DNA of 64,000 nt from Candidatus Marinacidobacterium sp. Lineage in GTDB: Bacteria; Acidobacteriota; Vicinamibacteria; Marinacidobacterales; Marinacidobacteraceae. This document shows positions 21,130 through 32,919 of the stretch, piece after piece. The position numbers were made by a program, and so were the translations under genes. Numbering within the stretch: the first letter of the stretch is position 1; each line of letters starts with the position of its first letter. The notes under the pieces are model-generated. The model saw nothing but the letters and a program-made list of their open reading frames with translations. It was not told the origin of the DNA and searched no databases. Location: assembly GCA_965262645.1 (NCBI GenBank), contig CBDHFO010000010.1:418-64417 (forward strand). Reading direction: 5' to 3'.

Positions 21130-21350
21130 TCCTTGCCAGCCCGGCGGTGCCGCCGAGAAACGCTTCTCCGGGCACGGCCGGGAACAGTGCCCACCGGGGC
21201 GTCGCGAGCAGCTCCTCGGCGCCGCGGTCGCCAGTCTCTTTGGCGGCCAGGGCGCGGATCCCGGCGCTTCTGCGCGCGGGCGCGTTCCGCCCTGCCTCCC
21301 CTACCCCCTCGGGAACCCGAGATCGTCGATCCTGGGCGATCCTGCGGCCC
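21130..21350 (+). repeat. Tail of an oriT module (nic missing)
   Basis: Close inverted homologue of 28253-28435; contains GAGATCGTCGATCCTGGGCGATC. Confidence 0.75.
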
Positions 21351-22998
21351 GGCGGGCTTCGCTCGGCGAGCCGAACCTCAGTGGCCCCGAGCCACCATCC
21401 TCCCGAACCGTGCTGAGCAGCATCGGGAAACAGCCTGTAAATGGTAACACCGAACTCAAGCATCGGGAACACTGAGTCTTGTCCAACGGCATGTGAGCCT
21501 GAACGGGGATCCGGTTTCCAGCGGGGAGTGAGCCTGAAGCGCGGGGCGAAGAGATCATTGGAGGATGATCGTGACACTTCGCACCGAACGGATACGGACC
21601 CTCGACCGACTCCGCGCCTTTCTTGAGGGCAATGAAGCCGCGGACTTCCAGCCCACCCACCGCGACTCCGCGTACGCCCTCGTGCGCCGGACGCTGGTCC
21701 GCTTCGAGTACCATGGCCTCGGGAAGCCGGCCAAGGGCCTGGTGAAGCGGTACATCGAGAAGGTGACCGGCTTCTCCCGGTCCCAGGTCACCCGCCTCAT
21801 CCGGCAGCACCGCCGGACCGGACACATCCGCGACCACCGCGGGAAGCCCCCGGCCAACGCTTTCGCGCGCCGCTACACCCCCTATGACGCGGCCCTCCTG
21901 GCCGAGGTTGACGAGGCTTTCGGCCAGCTCTCCGGACCCGCGACCAAGGTGATCCTGTGGCGCATGTGCCATGTCTACGGCGACGCGCGCTTCGAACGCC
22001 TCGCCCACATCTCGAACGGCCACATCTACAACCTCCGCAAGAGCCGGGCGTACCGGACCGGCCGCCTGACCCTCCGCGAGACCCGGTCCACGCCCGTGGG
22101 CTTCGGGATGCGCCGCAAGCCGCGGCCGGACGGAAGGCCCGGCTTTCTGCGCGTCGACACCGTCCACCTCGGCGATCTGGGTGGCCGCAAGGGTGCCTAC
22201 GTCATCAACGTCGTCGACGAAGTCACGCAGTTCCAACACCTTGGAGCCGTCCCGCGCATCACCCAGCAGTTCATGGTCCCCGTGCTGAAGGACCTCATCT
22301 CCGCCTTCCCCTTCACCGTCCGGGCCTTCCACGCCGACAACGGCTCCGAGTACATCAACCGCGAGGTCGCCGACCTGCTCAACCGGCTCCACATCCCCAC
22401 TTTCACCAAGTCCCGGCCCCGCCGCTCGAACGACAACGCCCTCGTCGAGTCCAAGAACGGCTCCATCGTCCGCAGGTGGCTCGGCCACATCCACGTCCCC
22501 CACGATCTCGTCCCCCAGGTCGACGCCTTCCTCCGGGACAGCCTCTGCCCCCTCCTCAACTTCCACCGGCCCTGCCTCTTTCCCACCGAGGTCACCAGCG
22601 CCAGCGGCCGCGTCAGGAAGACCTACCGGCAGGACGATGTCGCCACACCCTACCAGCACTTCAGATCGCTCGCCGGCGCCGAAGACTTCCTCCGGCCCGG
22701 CGTCACCTTCGAAGCCCTCGACCAACTCGCTTCCACCACCTCCGACCTCGACGCCGCCAAGGCCGTGCAATGCGCCCGCGATGCCCTCTTCCGTGCCATC
22801 GGCCAGGCCAGAGACTCCGCCGCATGAACCCCTCTCCGCCGGCCGCAGGCTCACCGGTGACCCTCCCGCGTCTCCGGTATCCGCTCGCTTACCGGTTGCC
22901 TCTCTCCGCTGTTCAGCGGATAATGACAAACACTTCAACTGCCACCTGCCTCGTGCCTGGGGCTCGTCCCTCGCCCTTCAGCCCTCCCCGCGTTCAGG

Positions 22999-24260
22999 CT
23001 TGTCTGTCCTATTTCAACCTTCTCTCCAAGGTTTGGGTTTCCGGGCCCGCAAGGGAGAGCCCGGCCCTTCGGCGCCCCGCGGGGCGCCGAAGGGGGACGG
23101 TGGTCGGGCCGTTTCAGGCTTGGCCGTGAGGGGCCGCAGATGAGTTTGGTCGCCACCGTCCTTCCCTACGTCCTGAATGGATACCTGAGCATCAAGGCTC
23201 GCATGACAAGCACAGGAGAGGGGAAGACATGACCCACCATACCGTCGGGATCGACATCTCGAAAGCCCGGCTCGACGCCTACGCCGCCCCCGAGGGCCGG
23301 GCGGCTCGGTTCTCGAACGATGCGGCCGGGTTCCGGAAGCTGATCGCCTGGATCGGCCCCGAGGCCGTCCGCGTCGCCTACGAACCCACCGGGCCCTTCC
23401 ACCGCGACTTCGAGGATGTCCTGCTGAAGGCTGGACTTCCGCTGTACGCGATCAACCCGTACCAGGTACGGTGCTTCGCGCGCTCCCAGGGACGCCGCGC
23501 CAAGACCGATGCCGTTGATGCCCGGACGCTGGCGACGATGGCGGGGGCAATCGACGATCTGCGCCCGACCCTGGCGAAATCCCCGACCCAGCGGGATCTC
23601 ACGGAACTGCAGATGGTGCGCGACTCGCTGGTCGCGGACTGGACCGCCATCGGCAACCGGGGCAAGCATTTGCGCCACGCCCGGGCCAAGTGGTTCAACA
23701 AACTCCGGCTGGCACAGATCAAGCGCCAGCTGAAGGGCGTGGACGCCGAGATCCAGAAGCTGCTTCGAAGCGATGGGACCCTGGACCGCAAGTCGGAGAT
23801 CCTGACCTCGATCCCCGGCATCTCCACTCTCACCGCTGCGGGGCTGATCGTCCACATGCCCGAACTGGGCACCATGACGGGCCCCCAGGCCGCCAGCCTC
23901 GCTGGGCTGGCGCCGGTGACGCGGGAGTCCGGCATATGGCAGGGGCGCAGTTTCATCCAGGGAGGAAGGGACAAGGTCCGGCGGCTCCTCTACATGCCCG
24001 CCCTCTCCGCGATCCGCTGCAATCCCGACCTCAAGCGGAAGTACCAATCGCTCCTCGACGCCGGCAAGCCGCCCAAGGTCGCCCTCACGGCCGTCATGCG
24101 GAAGCTCATCGTCCTGGCCAACGTCCTCGTCCAGCAGGATCGCCTCTGGACGCCGAAGCCGCAGCGGGCTGCCTGACATGCGCTCTCGAGGCATCGCCCC
24201 GCGCCGCCAGACCTCCGAGCGAATCGGCTCCCAACACTGGTCCCTTGACACATGGATACT
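22999..24260 (+). mobile_element. IS110-family element (copy 1); DEDD recombinase 23229-24176
   Basis: GIDISK, EPTG, KTDAVDA, RESG; CT core at 22999-23000 and 24259-24260; TTGACA near the right end. Confidence 0.92.
23040..23220 (+). ncRNA. Bridge RNA of IS110 copy 1
   Basis: Target loop TTTCAGGCT (23112-23120) / AGATGAG (23138-23144) matches flank GTTCAGG-CT-CATCT. Donor loop ATGGATAC (23177-23184) / GACAAG (23205-23210) matches circle junction ATGGATA-CT-TGTC. Confidence 0.88.
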
Positions 24261-24289
24261 CATCTCCGTGTTGGAAATGACTCACTGCT

Positions 24290-24430
24290 GCTCCGGTCGT
24301 CGTTCCGCTATTGGGCCGCCGAGGAAACGGACCACCCGCGCGAGGTCGTGGCGGCGGCGCTGGCGCACGCTGTCCAGAACGAGGTCGAGGCGGCGTACCG
24401 TCGCAACGATCTGTTCGGGGAATTGCCGGG
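24290..24430 (+). pseudogene. C-terminal fragment of a P4-like integrase
   Basis: RSSFRYWAAEETDHPREVVAAALAH...VEAAYRRNDLF. Confidence 0.7.
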
Positions 24431-24625
24431 GACCGAGAGGTGGGCGGCTGGCAGTCGGGCCGCTCAAAACGAATCGGCTGTCGTTCTCAGCCGACGGTCC
24501 AACTGCCATCCGTGGGTGGTCCCATCGCGGAGCCCAGCCGCGAACCCGTCGAGGCGCTGGACGGCCCTGGGGTCCATTTGCGCGGTTCAGTTCGGGCTCA
24601 CATCTTCCCCCCCACTTTCCTCAAT

Positions 24626-26389
24626 CCCCCCATATTCACGAGCGGTCTGGAAGCGAGGTGACGTGAGGCGGCAAGTGCTTTAGATTCAATGCGTTACAGG
24701 GAATCGCGAGCACCTGCCAGCCATCACGTCAAGGGTGAAGATAATGGATGCGCCGTTCAGCTTCAACAGGTCGATCAGGATCGGGTCCCGCCGGGACCGG
24801 ATCACGGGGGATTCGGGGGCTCTGACGGGGCGCGAGCTGCTGGGGCGCAGCAGGGTGGCGCGGTTTCTGGCGAACGGGCTGCCGGACAAGCGGGACGGGC
24901 GCCGGATCCGGCATTCTCAGAAGCGGCTGGCGCGGACGCTTCTGCTGCTGGCGGGGCAGGGCCGCCGGGACCACGGCGACGCCACGGAGCTGCGCGACGA
25001 TCCGGCGCTGCGGCTGGCCACGAGCGACCGGGCGGGTACGGCTCCGCTGGGTAGGGGCGGGCGCCTGCCGTCGCAGCCGACGCTGTCGCGGCGGGTGGCG
25101 GAGTGGTCGGCGAAGGAGGGCGTCGAGGTGCTGCGCGAGGGGTTGCAGCGGCTGGCGGGGTGGCGGCTGAAGGCGATGGGCGGGTGGCGGCGCCCGGAGA
25201 CGCTGGTCATCGACATCGACAGCCTGCCGGTCGAGGTCCACGGGGAACAGCCGGGCAGCGCGTGGAACGGCTACTATCGCCGGCGCGTGTATCATCCGAT
25301 CGTGGCGGCGGCGGGGGAGACGGGCGACATCCTGGACCTGCGGCTGCGCGAGGGGCAGGTCCACACGGCGGACGGCGGGCTGGAGTTCGTGATCGAGGTG
25401 CTGGAGCGGGCGGAGCGGCATCTGTGCGGCAACGCGGCCGGGCGCTTCGACGCGGGATATCCCGGCGAGCCGCTGATGGCGGCGCTGGAGGAGCGGGGCA
25501 CGCACTATGTGGCCCGGGTGCGCAACAACGCCGTGCTGAAGCGCCTGGCGCTGCCGGCCATGGACGCCGTGGTCTGGGATGCGCTGAACAACGGGGCGCC
25601 CGCCGGCGGCGAGCCCCGCACCTGGGTCCGCGAGTCGTCCTACCGGGCCGGGTCGTGGTCGCGTTCCCGCAGGGTCGTGCAGGTCGTCGTCGAGCGGCCG
25701 GGCGAACTCATCCCCCGATGCTTCGGGCTGCTGACTTCGATGTCCTCGGAGGAGATGTCCGGCGAGGATCTCCTGGCTCTGTACCGCAAGCGCGGCAAGG
25801 CGGAGGGCCACCTGGGCGAGCTGATGAGCGTCGTCGCCCCGGCCCTGTCGTCCACGTCGCGCCGCAAGAGCCACTACCGGGGCAGGGAGATCAGGAACCG
25901 AGAGAAGGGGGTGGACCCCTTCGCGTGCAACCAGGTGCGGCTGCTGCTCGCCGGCTTCGGCTACCAGATCATGCATGTCCAGCGCGCCTTGCTGGAGCGC
26001 GCGACCGGCACCGGCTGGAGCCTCCGGCGCCTCGCCGAGCGCGTGCTCCGCGCCCCGGCGCGCTTCACCGTCTCGGGCCGACGGATCACGATGACCACCG
26101 GAGGCGCGTCGGCGCACTGGCGCATGCTCGCCCGCGGACTCGCGACCCTGCACGGGCCCTCCGGATAGCGCGGCCGCCGCCCAAGCGCCGAACCCTTTCC
26201 CGGCCCCGGCGGCCGCAAGGATGCCGAGGTGTCTCCAAGCGCCGGAAACAGGCCGAAAAACTACTTCATTCGGACTCGAAACGCCTGTTTTTGGGCCCCC
26301 GGAACCGCCCCGACCCGCCCTCGGGGGTTGTGAGAGGCCCCTCAGCCCCCTACCTTGCCCTCGACTCGGGAATTCATGAATAAGGCAGG
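24626..26389 (+). mobile_element. IS1380-family element; transposase 24735-26168
   Basis: IRs CCCCCCATATTCACGA / CCTGCCTTATTCATGA; 6-bp TSD CTCAAT; TGDSG, SQPTLSR, DIDS, HGEQ, YRKRG..E. Confidence 0.88.
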
Positions 26390-26403
26390 CTCAATAGTGC
26401 TAG

Positions 26404-26712
26404 GTGCGAAGAATGACAATCACAGAGCATGACCTAGAACAAATCCGGGCACTAATCCGGGAAGAGGTTTCGGCGTCAGCTGGCTCGATGAACGAATGGG
26501 ATTTCAGAGCGAAGCGCCACAGTACCTGGGCCGCCATGCTCCGGCGAACTCTGCCGGCTATGGGTTTGCTGACGGTTGTGGCGCTTCTCGCCATGTGGAA
26601 AGCCGTAGACGCGGCGTCTTACGTGGCTGTTGCGATTGCCGGGGCTTACGCGTCCGCGTCCTTCCAAGCAGCTACCAAGAAGCAAAGCGTCTTGACGGGC
26701 TTCTCCGTGTAG
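26404..26712 (+). CDS. Small hypothetical membrane protein (two TM segments)
   Basis: Two hydrophobic stretches; ATG at 26413. Confidence 0.5.
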   Translation: MRRMTITEHDLEQIRALIREEVSASAGSMNEWDFRAKRHSTWAAMLRRTLPAMGLLTVVALLAMWKAVDAASYVAVAIAGAYASASFQAATKKQSVLTGFSV

Positions 26713-26919
26713 CGGGGGTGTCTTGGTCACGGAGGTCCGTCCTCTCGTTGGCTGGCGGTCAATTTCGCATGGGCTTCGATTGGGTGGAGCATCTCGCGGG
26801 CCGGAGGGTGCTCCGATGGCTTGATTGGACATGCCGAAGCCTGTGACGGGGCTCAGGAGGCCGTTTCCGGGCGCAGCGGGGGCTTTTTGGGTAGCCTGCC
26901 GGCCGTAAAATCGCCCAGG

Positions 26920-28252
26920 ATCGTATGTGGACGCCCCGAAGTGGGCAAGCGCGGATTCAGAACCGAGTTGGTGGCAGTTGGCCAAGTACTGTCGTATGTC
27001 CGGCCTCTTGATGCAGCGCTGTTTGGCTGCGGGCCCGTATGGTGTTCGTGAGAATCGGATCCAATTCGACGATGCGGGCTCAAAGGCCCTCGATCCTGGT
27101 CTGGTTTTTCCGATCCCGTCTTGTCGACCGTTTGCCCTTACCCGTTCCTGCGTCCTGCTAACCAACACCTCCCGACTGCTTCTTCGCTTTTCGCTTCTCT
27201 CCTTTCGCCGCCGGTCAGGCGGCAGTGCGAACCCGGTAGGTCTCCTTCGTCGTCGTCAGTGCCCAGACCCTCCGCGCCGTCCTGTTGGCGAGCGCGACCG
27301 CCACCAGCTTCTTCGGCTTGCGTGCCAACATCCCGGCCAGCCACGGATCCGTGATCTCGCTGCGCCGGCTCGCCTGCTGAACGACCGCCATGGCTCCCGT
27401 GATCAGGAGCCGCCTGAGATCGCGCTGGCCCATTTTCGAGATCCCGCCCAGCCTCGGCTTGCCTCCGGTGGTGTGCTGCCGCGCGGCACGAGACCGAGCC
27501 AAGCCGAGAAGTCGCGCCCGCGCCGGAAGCTCTCCATCGGCGGTGCGAAGGCCTGCAACGCCATCGCGGTGACCGGCCCGATGCCCGGGATCGTCATCAG
27601 CCGCGCCGTCTCTTCGTTCTCCCTCGCGCTCGTCCGGATCTTCAGGTCGAGTGCGTCGATCTTGTCGTTGAGCTCGTCGATCCGCCCGAGCAGCAGCCCG
27701 CCCAGTTCGGCGACCGCCTCCGGCAGGCCACAGTCCCCGTCTTCGAGCACCGCGGCCAGCTGCCCGATTCGCGCCCTGCCCTGGGGAGCGACAACGCCGT
27801 ACTCGGCGAGGTGGCCCCGAAGCGCGTTGATCGTCTGCGTGCGCTGGCGCACCAGAAGGTCACGCGTGTGAAAGAGCATCCCCTGCGCCTGCTGCGCCTC
27901 GGTCTTGACCTCCACGAAGTGCATGGTCGGACGCTGGGCCGCTTCCGTGATCGCCTCTGCGTCGGCCGCGTCGTTCTTGTGCCTCTTGACGAATCGCCAC
28001 CGTACACCCCGGTTGCGAGGCGAGAAACCTCAGCAGCCTCCCGCGGCTCAGCTTCCGGCGGAAGGCCACCGACCCGTCCGCTCTCGCCCCGTGCACCTGA
28101 AAGCTCCGCTTTGCCAGATCGATCCCGATGATGCTAACCTCTTCCATGTGGATGTCTCCTCCCTGTGATGGTCAGACCTCTCAAGGTCGCAATCCCTTCA
28201 GTACCATCATGGCACATCGCGATGCCGCCGGGAGGGGGCGTCCACTCCATCG
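26920..28252 (-). mobile_element. IS1111-group (IS110 family) element; transposase pseudogene 27215-28147
   Basis: Sub-terminal IRs TGGACGCCCC / GGGGCGTCCA; core CGAT at both junctions; GIDLAK, KNDAADA; internal deletion and frameshift. Confidence 0.88.
26960..27150 (-). ncRNA. Bridge/seek RNA of the IS1111-like element
   Basis: CCAGGATCGA (27090-27099) and ATCGTCGA (27066-27073) flank a hairpin and match the two strands of target ATCGT-CGAT-CCTGG. ACATACGA (26992-26999) matches the donor end. Confidence 0.82.
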
Positions 28253-28540
28253 ACGATCTCGGGTCCCCGAGGGGTAGAGGCAGGGCGGAACGCGACCGCG
28301 CGCAGAAGCGCCGGGATCCGCGCCCTCGCCGCCAATGAGACTGGCGACCGCGGTGCCGAGGAGCTGCTCGCGACGCCCCGGTGGGCACTGTTGCGGGCGG
28401 TGCCCGGAGCGATTCTCGGCGTCACCACCGGGCTGGCTTGAGCCACGCTAACATGGCTAAGCCAGCCTACCCCCCGTGGCCACACTTCGCGCGTCCCTGG
28501 AGGGGCTGACGAGGGGCTCCGCCCCCTCGACCCCCAAAGG
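28253..28540 (-). other. oriT module; its tail continues at ~26845-26919 beyond the IS1111
   Basis: GTAGGCTGG^CTTAG on the minus strand; IR GGCTGGCTT...AAGCCAGCC at 28431-28467. Confidence 0.72.
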
Positions 28541-29034
28541 TCCCGCGCCGAGGCGCGCAGGATCGCAGGCGACGGGTTTCAACTGGCCGTAACCCAACCG
28601 AAAGCGCGCCAGCGACATGGAACGGCCGGGGCCGTGTCCGGCCGAACGGCGATTTCGTGTCCGGCGACCCCCAAACTGCCGCTCAATGGTCAGTGCTTGG
28701 GACATGGCCCCACCCCAATTCGGTGCTGAGCGGCGTGGCCCTGCTCGCGCACCTGCTCAGTCCGACTGACCTTCCGCCCCGTGACGCTGGCATTCCGACC
28801 GCAAGAATGGGGGTAGGACACGCCGGGACTCCTGGATGGGTCCCATACAGCCGGGTGGTAAGGTGCTGTTGGACTCCATGTTACCGGCCATGCAAAATTG
28901 CACAGAAGTGGCCGTCGAAAATGTCAGATGTGGGCAGGGTGACGGAGCGATGGCAGCGATGCGGGGTCCGGGTGTCGATGAGGGTTCCCGGCGGGTTCCA
29001 TACGATGGCGTCTCCACCGAACGGAGGAGACGCG

Positions 29035-30075
29035 ATGATCGGGAGAGAGACACGGGTGCTGCTGCGGCACTATCTGGAGCAGGGGATGAGTAAGGCCGCG
29101 ATCGCGCGGCAGGTCGGGATCAATGCGCGGACGGTGTACCGCTGGATCGCGGCGGGACAACTGGACCGGGAGCTGGACGACGGGGCGGTCAGGTACGGAC
29201 CGAGGCCTTCGCGGCCCTCGAAGCTGGATCCGTACAGGGGGATCATCGACACCCGTTTGGCCGAGTATCCGGAGCTCAGCGCCGTTCGACTGTTCAACGA
29301 AGTTCAGGCGGCGGGCTATCCGGGCGGCTACGGCCAGGTGAAGCGCTACGTGCGGGAGGTCCGGCCCCGGCCCCCGGAGGAGCCGGTGCAGCGGTTCGAA
29401 ACCCCTCCGGGCCACCAGGCCCAGGTGGACTTCGCGGAGTTCCGGCTGCCGTGGGGCAAGCGGTACGCGCTGATCGTGGTGCTGGGCTACTCGCGGCTGG
29501 TGTGGGTTCAGTACTACGAGCGCCAGACGATGGCGGTGGTGATGCGGGGGCTGGAGTCGGCGTTCCGCTACTTCCGCGGCGTGCCCTCGGAACTCCTGTT
29601 CGACCAGATGAAGGCGGTCATCATCGAGGACGGCCGAGGGAAGGGCGGCCGGCTGGTGGAGAACCGGGAGTTCCTGCGCTTCAGCGTCCACTGGGGCTTC
29701 CGCATCCGGGCGTGCCGCCCCTACCGGGCCCAGACGAAGGGCAAGGTCGAGCGGCTGGTCAGCTACATCCGGAAGAACTTCTTCTACGCCCGGGTCTTCG
29801 GGTCGGACGATGACCTCAACGCGCAGGTGCTGCTGTGGCTCGACACCGAAGCCAACGTCCGGATCCACGGGACGTTGAAGGAGCGTCCGACCGACCGGTT
29901 CGAGGCGGAGCGGCCTCACCTAATGCCTTTGCCCCCTTGGCCTTACCGGTCGGTGGCTCCCCGGCCCGTGGAGCCAGCGCCAGAGCGGGCTGAGGGGGCG
30001 GCGTTCCCTCCGCTCGTCGAGGTCGAGCGCCGCCCGCTGGCCGAGTACGCCCGGATCGCAGGAGGAGCACCGTGA
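29035..30075 (+). CDS. istA: IS21 transposase
   Basis: RFETPPG.QAQVDF, LGYSR, FDQMK, QTKGKVER. Confidence 0.92.
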   Translation: MIGRETRVLLRHYLEQGMSKAAIARQVGINARTVYRWIAAGQLDRELDDGAVRYGPRPSRPSKLDPYRGIIDTRLAEYPELSAVRLFNEVQAAGYPGGYGQVKRYVREVRPRPPEEPVQRFETPPGHQAQVDFAEFRLPWGKRYALIVVLGYSRLVWVQYYERQTMAVVMRGLESAFRYFRGVPSELLFDQMKAVIIEDGRGKGGRLVENREFLRFSVHWGFRIRACRPYRAQTKGKVERLVSYIRKNFFYARVFGSDDDLNAQVLLWLDTEANVRIHGTLKERPTDRFEAERPHLMPLPPWPYRSVAPRPVEPAPERAEGAAFPPLVEVERRPLAEYARIAGGAP

Positions 30076-30890
30076 GGCCGCCATCGCGCAGGGAGCGCAT
30101 CGCGGCCCAGCTCGCCGACCTCAAGATGCCCGGCGCGCTCGAAGCTCTGGACGAAGTGCTCGCCGGGGTCGACGGCGGCGGGACGACCGGCGGCGAGGCG
30201 ATCGAGCGCCTGCTGGCCGCCCAGATCGCGCTTCGCAACAGCCGGCGCCTCGAGGCGGCCATGCGCTCCAGCCGACTGCCGTACGTCAGGACGCTGACGG
30301 ACTTCGACTTCGCCTTCCAGCCCTCGATCAAGCGCGAGCAGATCGACGCGCTCCACGAACTCGGCTTCCTGGAGCGCAAGGAGAACGTGGTCTTCCTCGG
30401 TCCGCCCGGCGTCGGCAAGACGCATCTGGCGATCAGCCTCGCGATCACGGCTGCCGAAAGCGGGCGCAAGATCTACTTCGGGTCCCTGACCGACCTGGTC
30501 GACTCCCTGGAGGAGGCCAAGGCCGCCGGCCGGCTCGACCGCCGCCTCAAGACTCTCACCTACCCGGCACTCCTGATCGTTGACGAGATCGGCTACCTGC
30601 CCGTGACCCAGAGCGGCGCGGTCCTCTTCTTCCAGCTCGTCAACCGCCGCTACGGACGGGCCTCGACGGTGCTGACCTCGAACAAGGGCTTCGAGGAGTG
30701 GGGCCGCATCCTCGGCGACGAGGTCATGGCCGCCGCGCTGCTGGACAGGGTGCTGCACCGCTGCCACATCGTCAACATCCGGGGCAACAGCTACCGGATG
30801 CGCCGCCACGCCGAGCTCTCGAGGGCGATCCATCCGAGCGTAAACCGAAGACATACTGAACACCCCGCCTCCGGGGAGCCGGTCTCATGA
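30072..30890 (+). CDS. istB: IS21 helper ATPase
   Basis: GPPGVGKTH, LLIVDEIGY, TSNK, LLDRVLH. Confidence 0.95.
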   Translation: MRPPSRRERIAAQLADLKMPGALEALDEVLAGVDGGGTTGGEAIERLLAAQIALRNSRRLEAAMRSSRLPYVRTLTDFDFAFQPSIKREQIDALHELGFLERKENVVFLGPPGVGKTHLAISLAITAAESGRKIYFGSLTDLVDSLEEAKAAGRLDRRLKTLTYPALLIVDEIGYLPVTQSGAVLFFQLVNRRYGRASTVLTSNKGFEEWGRILGDEVMAAALLDRVLHRCHIVNIRGNSYRMRRHAELSRAIHPSVNRRHTEHPASGEPVS

Positions 30891-31211
30891 GGGTCACCAG
30901 GCACTTGGCGGGCTGCCCCGCGGAGGGAGCGGAGCGACCGGAGCGGGGCAGCCCGCGAAGTGCGACATTTTCAATGGCCAGAAGTGTGACATTTTCGATG
31001 GCCATTGACACTCCAAGTCTGCGGAGCGATGGGGGAGAGCGATCGGGGTTGGTTCGGTGCTCCGGGACCCACGCCCCGGTCTCATCCGACCCAATCTCCC
31101 CCGAGCTGCCCGCTCCCGAAAGGCCGCGTGCTCCTGCTCTCGCTTGACATTACCCTACCCGGTTACCCATCCTGCTTTGCGAGGAGCCCGCATACCTCGT
31201 ACAGTTGCTAG

Positions 31212-32917
31212 CCTGAATTTCTCACAGCAATAAGGTGGCACCGGCCTCCGGAGACTGTTAAGTTTATGTGGGTCAATAACTTGACAGTCACCACACCGGA
31301 GGACCGATGCCGACACAGTGTAGACCCGTTTCGTTCGGACTTCAAGGGTGCCAGGGCCGGAAGGTGACCGCCGCGTTCGACGGCGGCTCGATCACCTCGA
31401 ACGCGGGAGCCCTGTTGCTGCGGGGGATCGACCGCTCGATCGGGCTGTTCGACCGGGTGGCCGCCTGCTTCACGGACCGGCGCGATCCGCGTCTGACGGA
31501 GCACTCGGTGCGCACGCTGGTCGCGCAGCGCATCACCGGCATCGCCCTGGGATACGAAGACCTCAACGACCATGACTTCCTGCGGCACGATCCCCTGCTG
31601 GCCCTGTTGTCCGGCAAGCTCGGGGGAGGGCGCAAGGGCTGCGCGGCGCTGGCGGGCAAGAGCACGCTGAACCGCCTCGAGCACGCACCCGGGGACGGGA
31701 GGCCGGGGCGGTATCACAGGATCGCCCATGACCCCGGGGCGCTCCAGGCGCTGCTCACCGAACTGTTCATCGAGTCCTGGCCGGGACGGCTGCCGCCGTC
31801 GCGGCTCGTGCTCGACATCGACGCGACGGACGACAAGGTGCACGGCCGCCAGGAGGGCCGCTGCTTCCACGGCTACTACGGCCACCACTGCTTCCTGCCG
31901 CTCTACGTCTTCTGCGGCTCGCACCCGCTGTGCGCCGTGCTCCGGCCCGGCAACTCCGACCCCGCCGCGGGCGCGGTCGACGAACTCGCCCGCATCGTCG
32001 CCCGGCTCCGCCGCCGGTGGCCCGGGCTGGGGATCCTGGTGCGGGCCGACTCCGCCTACGCCCGCGAGGAGATCATGGCCTGGTGCGAGGACAACGGCGT
32101 GGACTACGTCATCGGCGTCGCCCGCAACGCCCGGCTCGCCCGGAGAATCGCGCCGGAACTCCTCGCCGCCCGGGTCGAGTCGCGGGGCCGCCGCCGCCCG
32201 GTCCGCATCTACGAGGAGTTCGCCCACTCCACCCGGAGGAGCTGGTCCCGCCCGCGCCGCGTCATCGCCAAGGCCGAGCATCTGCCCGGCTAGGCCAACC
32301 CCCGCTTCGTCGTCACCTCGCTCCCGGAGACCGTCTGCCCCCGGACCGTCTACGAGCGCGTCTACTGCCCCCGGGGCAACGCCGAGAACGCCATCAAGGA
32401 GCAGCAGCTCGACCTGTTCGCCGACCGGACCTCCGCCACCCGTTTCCCCGCCAACCAGCTTCGGCTCCTCTTCTCCGCCTTCGCCTCCATCCTCATGGCC
32501 GCGCTGCGCCGCGCGCTCCCCGGCACCGGGCTGGCCCGCGCCACCGCCGGCACGCTGCGCCTGAAGCTCCTCAAAATCGGAGCGCGCGTGATGGTCTCCG
32601 CGCGCAGGGTCAAGGTCGCCATGGACTCCGCGCATCCCTCCGCCTTCGCCTTCGCCCGCGTCCACGCCCGATTACCCGGGTAGAAACCGCGACCCCCGGA
32701 CCGCGACTCCCGCCGCTTCCCCGCGCTAGAGGGACCGGTCTGCCGGCTCGCCCCGCCGGGATCCGCCAACGCCGCGCACACTCCTCCCCGGGCGCCTCTC
32801 CGCCCCGCATCCGACTATGACGGCCCGATATTTCGCCTCATAATGGCCCCGCCACTCGCGACGGCTCGTCAAGTCACCCGCCAACCACCGCCAACCGGCT
32901 CGTGTGAGAAATCCGGG
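31212..32917 (+). mobile_element. IS1380-family element; transposase 31307-32683 broken by TAG at 32291
   Basis: IRs CCTGAATTTCTCA / TGAGAAATCCGGG; CTAG TSD; AAG-to-TAG change relative to the paralogues. Confidence 0.92.
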
Positions 32918-32919
32918 CT

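Larger units (their letters stand above)
21474..24283 (+). mobile_element. ISNCY/IS481-like DDE (rve) element; transposase 21565-22827; right IR interrupted by IS110
   Basis: Left GAGTCTTGTCCAAC...TGAGCCTGAAC; right GTTCAGGCT|CATCTCCGTGTTGGAAATGACTC; ACT flanks both ends; VDTVH, HADNGSEY, NDNALVESKN. Confidence 0.8.
28879..31010 (+). mobile_element. IS21-family element
   Basis: TG...CA ends, 5-bp TSD CTCCA, repeated TGxCATTTTC boxes, istA-istB. Confidence 0.93.
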
